From a virus: a DNA stretch of 64,000 nucleotides. The stretch lies in the IMG/VR virus record IMGVR_UViG_2711768806_000001. One strand, 5' to 3'. This document shows positions 1 to 7,900 of this stretch, piece after piece; within the stretch, counting starts at the first letter, position 1; each line of letters starts with the position of its first letter. The translations under genes were made by a program, and so were the position numbers. The notes under the pieces are model-generated. The model worked only from the letters and a program-made list of their open reading frames with translations, was not told the DNA's origin and did no database searches.

Positions 1-480
1 GGCGAGGTTGCCAAACGCAACTTCATGATGCAGCTGGCCATGATGGTCGCCGAGCCGGAGGATTGGCTGCTGCGCATCGACGCCGACGAGGTCTTGTCTG
101 ATGTGCCGTTAGACGCCCACCAGCGCCTTGCCGAAACGAGTGCAAGCGTCGCCGAGGTGACCTTGTGGGAGCGTGAGGCCAGCGATCACATCGGCGAGAC
201 GGTTGACACCCTGGGGGACTATCAGCAGCCTTTCCGCTGCCTCTTTCGGGCAACTCCCGGCATTGATATCCGCGGCAATCACTACACGGTGACCGCGCCG
301 GTAGATGGAGAGCGGAGAGTCCTCAACGGCATGGGGCAAATCCCGGCCGAACAGCTTTTGGATCTGCGGCTTGAGCATCGCACCCGGCTGCGCACAAAGG
401 CGCGCCAGCGGCTCAAGGCGGAATACAGCTCCCTGATCAACACTTTCGAAACAGTCTTAGAGAACCCTTGCGAGGAGTAA
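1..480 (+). CDS. Glycosyltransferase, 5' truncated by window edge
   Basis: Frame open from base 1 (GEVAKRNFMMQL...); LLRIDADEV DxD motif; lies in the virion gene region. Confidence 0.7.
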   Translation, partial: GEVAKRNFMMQLAMMVAEPEDWLLRIDADEVLSDVPLDAHQRLAETSASVAEVTLWEREASDHIGETVDTLGDYQQPFRCLFRATPGIDIRGNHYTVTAPVDGERRVLNGMGQIPAEQLLDLRLEHRTRLRTKARQRLKAEYSSLINTFETVLENPCEE

Positions 481-737
481 TGCCCAAACCCGTTGACCCC
501 GACCTGTTGGAAGCCCTGCTTTTCGAATACCGGTCTTACGCCCAAAACGGCCTTGACGACCGCGCCGAGGATGTTGCCAAGGTCTTGGCGATCTATGGCC
601 ACGACCCCCGCCCGGTCAAATCCGAAAAACCGGCACCCGAACCCAAGGAGCGCGCCGTCGCTGACGAGCCGCTCGAGAAAGTCGTCGAAGAAGCCCCCGC
701 GCCTAAGCGTCGCGGGCGCCCACCGAAAGGGGAGTAA
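480..737 (+). CDS. Small Pro/Lys/Glu-rich virion-region protein
   Basis: TAATG overlap with upstream gene and GAGGAG SD; MPKPVDPDLLEALL...KRRGRPPK. Confidence 0.75.
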   Translation: MPKPVDPDLLEALLFEYRSYAQNGLDDRAEDVAKVLAIYGHDPRPVKSEKPAPEPKERAVADEPLEKVVEEAPAPKRRGRPPKGE

Positions 738-1307
738 GTGGCAGAGGATCTGACTCCAGAGGACGTCGAGAACTACACCCGGGGTCGGATCTCCAAAGAC
801 GACCCCGAGACCACTCGCGCCCTCACGGCCGCCCTCCAGCGTGCCCGCAGGGCCTGTGGCTGGCATGTCACCCCCGTGCAGGAGGAGACGGTCTCGCTTC
901 ATGGTACGGGCCATGACTTCATTGTCCTGCCCACCCTGAAGCCCGTTGAGCTCCTATCCGTCACGGAGGATGGAAGGGAAGTCGACCTCGACGATCTGTA
1001 TTTCCTCTCCGAGGAGCCGGGCGTGCTCTACAAGAAGTGTGGCTGGTGGTGCCGCGAAAAGATCGAGGTCACCTTCACCCATGGTTTCACCGCTGACGAG
1101 GCGGTGGATTTCCGCGAGGCTGTTCTGCAGGTCGTGGATATCGCCCACATGATGATCGGGACCGGTGCCGTCGGCCCGCTGACCGGCATGGAAGTGGACG
1201 ATGTCTCCCTCCGCTGGTCGGGCCTCGTGGACCGCTCGTGGGGTATTGCGAAAGACCCCCTTCGTGAATCGGTCCTGTATCAGTACAGGCTGGTGGCGAT
1301 AGCGTGA
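738..1307 (+). CDS. Head-to-tail adaptor
   Basis: RRACGWHVTP motif, size and position typical of actinophage adaptors. Confidence 0.8.
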   Translation: MAEDLTPEDVENYTRGRISKDDPETTRALTAALQRARRACGWHVTPVQEETVSLHGTGHDFIVLPTLKPVELLSVTEDGREVDLDDLYFLSEEPGVLYKKCGWWCREKIEVTFTHGFTADEAVDFREAVLQVVDIAHMMIGTGAVGPLTGMEVDDVSLRWSGLVDRSWGIAKDPLRESVLYQYRLVAIA

Positions 1308-1648
1308 ACTTCGGCGGGCAAACGGTCACCTTCGTGGCCATCACCGAAGACCTCAATGACCGGGACAAGTACAACAACCCTCGACAGGTTCGTACTGAGA
1401 CTCCGGTTCCGGGGTGTCGCTTCCGGCCGCTCACCGCGAAAGAGAAGGTGGAGTTCGGCTACAACACCGTCACCGACCCGTGGAAGTGTACCGCCCCCGC
1501 TATTCCTGCGGTGATGGACGCCCTCTCCACCGGCATCCTGCGGTATGACGGCGTCGACTACCAGATAACTGGTGGGGCAAGGACTTTCGCCAGCTTCGCC
1601 GGCCAGCCCTTCAAGGTCACGATCATCTGCGAAAGGCGCGCGATCTAA
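1304..1648 (+). CDS. Head-to-tail stopper
   Basis: GTGA overlap; GCRFRP motif; position after adaptor. Confidence 0.75.
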   Translation: MNFGGQTVTFVAITEDLNDRDKYNNPRQVRTETPVPGCRFRPLTAKEKVEFGYNTVTDPWKCTAPAIPAVMDALSTGILRYDGVDYQITGGARTFASFAGQPFKVTIICERRAI

Positions 1649-2098
1649 ATGCCCAGGGACGTGGTCGTCAGGCTCAGGGATGTGCGGTCGGCCCTCCTGG
1701 ATGGCGTCAGTGAGAGCCGCGATCTCCGCCGGGTCGTTCAGCGTTTCATCAACGACGTCGAGCAAACCTGGCACGACGTGTGGAACGTCTCGATGCTCGG
1801 CGTCCTCGCCCAGCAAACGGGAACGCCCCACCCGTACCAGACCGGCGACTACAAAGCGCACATCAAGAAGAAGCGCTTAACGGCGATGCAGAAACTGCGC
1901 ATCAAGAAATTCCTGAAGGGCGGCCTACCCATCGGGTTGGTCTACAACAACGATGAAAAGGCCCACTGGATCGAATATGGCACGAAGAGGGATAGGCCCG
2001 GCAGCCGGTCACCGTGGGGTCCCAACACCCCAACCCCGGCCTTCGGGATTATGCAGCGCGTAGCCCAGATCATGAATGAGGATGTCCGCTATAGGTGA
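1649..2098 (+). CDS. Neck/tail completion protein (HK97 gp10-like)
   Basis: AHWIEYGT motif; position between stopper and terminator. Confidence 0.65.
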   Translation: MPRDVVVRLRDVRSALLDGVSESRDLRRVVQRFINDVEQTWHDVWNVSMLGVLAQQTGTPHPYQTGDYKAHIKKKRLTAMQKLRIKKFLKGGLPIGLVYNNDEKAHWIEYGTKRDRPGSRSPWGPNTPTPAFGIMQRVAQIMNEDVRYR

Positions 2099-2511
2099 CC
2101 GAATACGAATATCCACCTGGTGTCCAGGTGATTATCCAGCACCTCAAGACAATCGGCTTTGAGGTGCGCAACGAGCGCCCGCCGGAGTCCCCACTTCCAT
2201 TCGCCACCGTCCACCGCGTCGGCGGGGACGAAGACGAGGCGGGCATCACCGATGAGGGGCGATACGCCATCCTCGTCTTCGGATCTTCCCAGGAAGAGGT
2301 TGACGCCGCCACCCAGAAGGTTGTCCGCCGCATGAAGAAGCTGGCTTTCATCGGCCAGGAGAAGGTCGTCGTCGACGACAAGGCGTACTTCGTCGATGGC
2401 GCGCGGAAACGCGAAGAGCGTCCTATCGACAATCTCGACAACGCCATCCCAAGGAGGTTCTTCGGAACATCCCTGATGTATGACGTCCCGATGAGGATTG
2501 TCGCCGCCTAA
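2095..2511 (+). CDS. Tail terminator
   Basis: PLPFATVHRVGG motif; synteny. Confidence 0.75.
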   Translation: MTEYEYPPGVQVIIQHLKTIGFEVRNERPPESPLPFATVHRVGGDEDEAGITDEGRYAILVFGSSQEEVDAATQKVVRRMKKLAFIGQEKVVVDDKAYFVDGARKREERPIDNLDNAIPRRFFGTSLMYDVPMRIVAA

Positions 2512-2765
2512 ACGTTGAGCGGAATTCTCCGCTTGCAGGTCCGACACACCTTATCTACGTATTCGCCCCGGCATCCGTCATATCTGTCGAGATACCAGTC
2601 GTGCCGCCATCTGCGGCATCGGGGCGCGGGGGTCTGGATCTTTCCGCCCAATGGGCGCTTTCCCCACCAAATACGCGCACTGCCGTCCTCGTACTTGACG
2701 ACCGAATCGTTAAGGACGCTCTCAGCAAAGAGATCTGACGGCTTCATATCCACCAACCCTACCAC
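2508..2765 (-). CDS. Hypothetical Cys/His-containing protein, antisense to the tail operon
   Basis: Fills a 280-bp gap; C-terminal C..H..C..CxxC pattern. Confidence 0.45.
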   Translation of the reverse strand: MVGLVDMKPSDLFAESVLNDSVVKYEDGSARIWWGKRPLGGKIQTPAPRCRRWRHDWYLDRYDGCRGEYVDKVCRTCKRRIPLNV

Positions 2766-2794
2766 ATCTCTTATGTACTGAGAGGAATCACTAA

Positions 2795-3061
2795 GTGGCT
2801 AAGTACCGCACTGTCCAGGCGGTGACCTTCGTCCAGAACGGCAAGGTCGTCTCTATCGGGCCGAATCGCGTTGTCGAAATCGACGATGCGCAGGCCGAAA
2901 AGCTTGGCGCCAAGGTCGAGCGGGCCCGGGAGAACGACTCGATGTTCCCCGATGGCGCCCCCATCATCCCCGCCGGCTTCGTCCCCGAAGCCCCCGCCGA
3001 AGAGGCCAATCAGCGGCTCGTGAGCCAACTCCCGAAGCCCGAGCCCAAGAAGGCCAAGTAA
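2795..3061 (+). CDS. Small virion-region protein
   Basis: GAGGA SD; 88 aa; directly upstream of major tail. Confidence 0.8.
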   Translation: MAKYRTVQAVTFVQNGKVVSIGPNRVVEIDDAQAEKLGAKVERARENDSMFPDGAPIIPAGFVPEAPAEEANQRLVSQLPKPEPKKAK

Positions 3062-3101
3062 GTCCCACTCCGCCCATCGTGGGCATCGAAAGGAATAGCT
3101 A

Positions 3102-4106
3102 ATGGCTCTGCCTGCAAACGGCGGTACCTACGCGAACCTGCTGCAGCCGGGTATCAACCCGCTCGCTGTACGCAAGGCAATCATCACCGACATCCTCATC
3201 CGGGACTACCGGAACCTGGATGGCACGGTGCACAACCTGGCCGACCCCGCCGTCGGCCTTGGCGATGACGGCTTCTTCTCGCCGTTCGCCGCCGACGGCA
3301 AGCTGCGCTCCGACCTGCTTGGCGATGACGGCCTCGGGTTCTACCACCTCGGCTCCCTGCACGAGGACGGCATCGAGATGACGTACGACACGGACGTCGC
3401 CGACACGATGATCGCCCAGAGCAAGCGCGCGGTGCGCTTCGACGTCACCCAGGACAACGATGGCATCACCATCAAGGCCCTGGAGGGCACGCCGCTGGTC
3501 GACGCCCTGCGTTACGACAAGCCGCTGCACAACCTGGCCGACGTCGGTCAGGCCTCCTACACGATCGCCAAGGACGCGGAGACCGTTCTGGTTGAACGTC
3601 AGGTGATCGCCATCGGCTTCGACGGTGACAACTACTTCGCGCAGACCTACCCGCGTATGTCGCTGCGTAGCCGCGGCAACACCTCGTGGAACAAGGCTGA
3701 CCCGGACACCATGGAGATCGAGCTCGGCGCTTTGCTGTGCCCGTTCGTGGGTCGCCCGGCGCTGCTGCACCGCGACGGCGCGGATTGGCGTGGCCTGCAG
3801 GGCTACCCGGTCTTCGGTGGCGCCCCCTCGGCTGAGGCCGTGGTGGGTGAGATGGCGGACGTCACGTTTGCCAAGCCGACCGGCAAGTCGTCCTCGTACG
3901 AGTACGTCGTGGAGAAGTCCAACGACAACGGCACGACCTGGACCGAGGCCACCGTTGAGGACGTCTCCGGCACCAACACCGTGACGATCCGGGTTTCCGG
4001 CATCACCTCTTCGGTGTCGTGGAAGTTCCGCGTCAAGGCCACCGGCACGGCGCTGCTGACCACCACGTCGGCCGTGACGGCTTCGGCGATCGTCGGCCTC
4101 TCCTAA
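3102..4106 (+). CDS. Major tail protein with C-terminal FN3/Ig-like extension
   Basis: AAGGA SD; 334 aa; C-terminal YEYVVEKS..WKFRVKA FN3-like pattern; upstream of chaperones. Confidence 0.9.
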   Translation: MALPANGGTYANLLQPGINPLAVRKAIITDILIRDYRNLDGTVHNLADPAVGLGDDGFFSPFAADGKLRSDLLGDDGLGFYHLGSLHEDGIEMTYDTDVADTMIAQSKRAVRFDVTQDNDGITIKALEGTPLVDALRYDKPLHNLADVGQASYTIAKDAETVLVERQVIAIGFDGDNYFAQTYPRMSLRSRGNTSWNKADPDTMEIELGALLCPFVGRPALLHRDGADWRGLQGYPVFGGAPSAEAVVGEMADVTFAKPTGKSSSYEYVVEKSNDNGTTWTEATVEDVSGTNTVTIRVSGITSSVSWKFRVKATGTALLTTTSAVTASAIVGLS

Positions 4107-4113
4107 CTGATCT

Positions 4114-4167
4114 ACCCACAAGCGGCGGGCTCGGGCTGTGTCCGCCGCTTGTGGGTTTCCACAGCCC
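4114..4167 (+). promoter_or_regulatory. 15-bp hairpin with alternative/pseudoknot pairing between major tail and chaperone genes
   Basis: ACCCACAAGCGGCGG (4114-4128) / CCGCCGCTTGTGGGT (4142-4156); loop GGGCTGTG complements CACAGCCC (4160-4167). Confidence 0.55.
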
Positions 4168-4200
4168 AACAGCCTCTTTTCTTTTTTAGGAGTCATTCAG

Positions 4201-4707
4201 ATGACCTACACCCCTCGTAAGCCGGTTTCGGTTCGGGAAGCCAAGGAGCAGGCGGCCGAATACTTCGGTTTCACCGCTAGCGTCGAGATCGAGATCAACG
4301 GCGAAATCTTTGAAATCCCCAACCCCGGCCTTTTGGACGACGACCAGCAGGAACGCTGGGAGGAGCTCCAGTTCCGCATTGAGAAGTGCGACCGTGAAGA
4401 AGATGTCATTGTCCCGCCGATGACGCTGGAAGACGGCACCGAGCTCCCCGGCCGCACCATCAGGGGCGAACTCAAGACGCCGTACCAGATCAACGGTGAG
4501 CTGATGAAGCCTCCGTACAACGTTCAGCTTGCTCAGGCCATTTTCGGCGAAGAGAAGTATGAGCGGTTCAAGGCTGGCGGCGGGCGTTCCAACCAGATCC
4601 CCCTGGAATGGGCTCGCATGAACCGCGAATTCCAGGAGCGCGTCGAGAACGACCCCAAAAGTGGCGGACGCGGTTCCGAGGTGGATGGTATTTCCGAGGG
4701 AGATTGA
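4201..4707 (+). CDS. Tail assembly chaperone, short form
   Basis: AGGAG SD before ATG 4201; between major tail and tape measure. Confidence 0.9.
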   Translation: MTYTPRKPVSVREAKEQAAEYFGFTASVEIEINGEIFEIPNPGLLDDDQQERWEELQFRIEKCDREEDVIVPPMTLEDGTELPGRTIRGELKTPYQINGELMKPPYNVQLAQAIFGEEKYERFKAGGGRSNQIPLEWARMNREFQERVENDPKSGGRGSEVDGISEGD

Positions 4708-4933
4708 GTGTGATCTCTCCCTTTATCACCACCGTGACATAGGGGAGTGGTTTCGAGGGGAGTTGAGCAGCCGAAAGCTGCTCACTCTTCTCGACGGTTT
4801 ACCTGAAGATTCCTGGTACAAACTCAGCGTTCAAGCTTACTTGAAAGAAGTCCAGGAAACGCACGAACAAGAAGTTGTGAGCGATATTCGTAGATCGATA
4901 TTCGCTCAGCTCACTGGGCAGGAGATGGGTTAA
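4661..4933 (+). CDS. Tail assembly chaperone frameshift extension (long form 4201-4659 joined to 4661-4933, 243 aa)
   Basis: Overlapping +1 frame ORF; CCC-AAA-A at 4654-4660; ends with TAATG overlap into tape measure. Confidence 0.8.
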   Translation: MADAVPRWMVFPREIECDLSLYHHRDIGEWFRGELSSRKLLTLLDGLPEDSWYKLSVQAYLKEVQETHEQEVVSDIRRSIFAQLTGQEMG

Positions 4934-7900
4934 TGGCAAGAGTTGATCTATGGGCGTTTCTCCATCTCAACCAGAAGTCGATGCGAAATGCGGAGAAAGA
5001 GGCGGTAGGCCGATTCCAGAAGATTGGCAGGGAATCGGCCGATGCCATGTCGAAGGAGATCGAGAACGCCGCTCCTCGCGTCCGCAGGGCGATGAACAGG
5101 GTTTCCGACGCAACCCTCAGCAGTTCTCGCGCAGCCCGTGAGGCGAAGAGGAGCCAGGATGCGTTAGCCAAGTCTAGCCAGAAGGTCCTGAAGCTCCAGC
5201 AGGACATCGCGGACCAGAAAGAGCGCAACAACCGCCTCCTCAAAACCGAGAAGGCTAATCAGCGCCAGCAGACCAGGGCGCAGCAAGAACAGAACAAGGC
5301 ACTTGCTGACTATAACCGCCTTATTGATCGTCGCAGCAAGAAGAACGACGCCAATAAGGCGACCAAAGAGGAGATCCGCCTCGCTAATCATCGGATCAAG
5401 CAGCTCAAGCTCGAGGGTAAGCATAAAGAGGCCAAGGCTCTCGATAAGGCTATCCACCCGACCCGCAAGAAGGATATTCTGGAGTCGCGGGAAATCCGCG
5501 CCCTCGATAACCAGTTGGCGGCGGCCAAGGCCGATCTGGCAAAGAAGACCGAACATCTCGCCAAGGTCAACCAAAACCTCAAGTCCATTGAGCGCGACCG
5601 TCAAGCGGGGCTGAAGAGCCTCACTCAGGCCCAGGACGAGTACAACCGGGCGACCAAGGAAACCATCGACGCAATGGCCAGCGTCAAGAAGGCCAACGAA
5701 GACGTCGAGAAGGCCGTCCGCAGTCGCACGGAAGCCGTCAAAACCCTTCACGAGGTTGAAGCGGCCGAGGAGGAGAAGCGCCGGGCCGAGGAGGAGAAGC
5801 GCCGCAAGCGCGTAGACCGAGATCGCCGCGGCGGTAGGGGTGGTCGTCGTGGCGGCGGCCTGGGTGTCATTGGCAACATGCTCACCGACCTGCCGTTCGT
5901 CCCCTCGGGGCGAGCCGGCGCGTTCATGGGCGGCGGCCTGCTCATCACCATGGCCTCGGCGATGGAAGCCGTTGTCACGGCCTCTCAGAGCCTTGCCCTC
6001 ACCCCGGCCATCCTTATGGCTGCTGGCGCGGGCTTTGGCACGTTGGCGCTCGGCGTCTCCGGCTTCGGGGACGCCATCAAGGACATGGGCGATCCAGAGA
6101 AGTTCGCCGAAGCCCTCCAATCCCTCTCTCCGGCGGCCCAACAGGCAGCGCTGGAGATCCAGTACCTTGTTGACGGCCCCCTCGGGGACCTCAAGAAGGC
6201 TACTCAAGAGACTTTGTTCGAGGGTGTGGCGCAACGCTTCCGCAGCCTGACGAACACTTTCCAGCCGGAAATCATGCGGCTGACCACGGGCATCGCCGGC
6301 GCGATGAACGGAATGTTCGATGAGTTCACGAATCAGCTGATGACCCCCGGGTCGCAAAAGGCTATTTCGAGCATCATCGACGACATCGTCAAAGCGTTCC
6401 AGAATCTTCAGCCCGCTATCGCACCATTCACCAATGCGCTTCTGAAAATCTCGGAAACCGGTGCATCCTTCCTTCCTGATCTCGCCACCGGGCTCGCGAA
6501 CGCTGCTACGAGTTTCTCGCGCTTCATCACCGAGGCGCAGCGGTCGGGCAAGCTGGAAGAGTTCATCCAGAAGGGCATTGACGCGGCGAAGTCGCTTGGC
6601 GATGCCATCTGGACCATCGGCGGGCGGATCTACGAAGTCTTCGGCAACAAGAGCCCCGAGGATTTCGAGAAGACGCTTCAGGACGTCATCGATGCGGTGG
6701 GCGGCCTGGCCAATGGGTTGGTCACCGCGTCGAAGGCCGTCAACGCGGTGCTCAAGGAGATCGAGCCGCTCACCAACCTTATGAAGGATCACCCCGGACT
6801 GGTCTGGGCAATGATCGGCGCGTGGGTTGGCTTCAAGGGCCTTGGCCTTGTTGCGATGATCTCCGGCCTCGCCGGCGGACTCGGCAACGTTGCCACCGCA
6901 CTAGGGAAGATCCCGAGCCTGGCGCAGAAGGCCGGGGCGGGCATCTCCGGGGCGCTGGCAGCCGTCAGTATCCCTGCCTGGCTGAAGTTCCTGATGAAGT
7001 GGGGCGGCGCCATCGGATTCGGTGGCCAATCCGACGTCAAGATGCCTGGAGACGAGGGCTACCCGTTCGACCCGAACGATCCGAAGTACGGGGAGGACGC
7101 TCTTCGGAGGAAGGCCCGGGAAAAGCTTGGGCTTCCTCCCGAGATCCCCACGGGCGGGGCCCCGGGCACCGGCAACGGTCCCCACGGGCGCGACGGACGC
7201 CGTCGCTGGAACCCGAATGCGGGCCGCAGCGCTACCACGGGCATCGGCCCGGCACCTGCTGACGCGGGCCTTCCTCCGTGGGCTCCGCATGACGTTCCGT
7301 TGCCGCCGCCTGCCGACGGGGGCGGAAAGCTCAGCGATAGCGAACGTCGTGACCAAATCTGGTCGACGCTCAATCCTGACGACTTCATGCCGAAGATCGA
7401 TGTCCCCATGGGGCCGATCACGCCGGGCACCCCGCGGCTGGAAATCGGCACGGACGGCAAGCCGTTCTCGAAGCCGGGATACGGCTACACCGACATCGAT
7501 CCGCGTGCTGTCGCAGAGGCGCAGGAGAAGGTCCGCCGCGAAGCGTTGGACTACCGCGATGCGGCCATGGAACTCGCCATCCTCCAGAAGGATTCCCTCG
7601 CTACCGAGCGAGAGATCTTCGAGGCGAAGGAAAAGCTGAAGGAAGCCGAGTACGACTTCAACAAGGCCCAGCTTGACCTTGTCGAGGAGCTGAACGGCAA
7701 GTGGAAAAAGGTCAAGGGCGGCATGATGGACGCCAACAAGCTTGGCGCCGGACTTGACGACGACCTCGGCCTCTCAAGAGGTTTGGCGGGACTGGCGGAT
7801 AACCTGGTCCGCTTTGTCGGCAACCTCGCAACCGCTCCGCTGCAGATGATGCTGAGCAAGATCGCCGCACAAGGTGACGGTTCGTCCGGCATCTTGGGTA

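Noticed and set aside
5164-6792. 542-aa antisense ORF, and similar long shadows at 11217-12920, 17852-19915, 3099-4196 and 62257-63198
   Set aside because: Antisense shadows of high-GC3 genes; no motifs or SD
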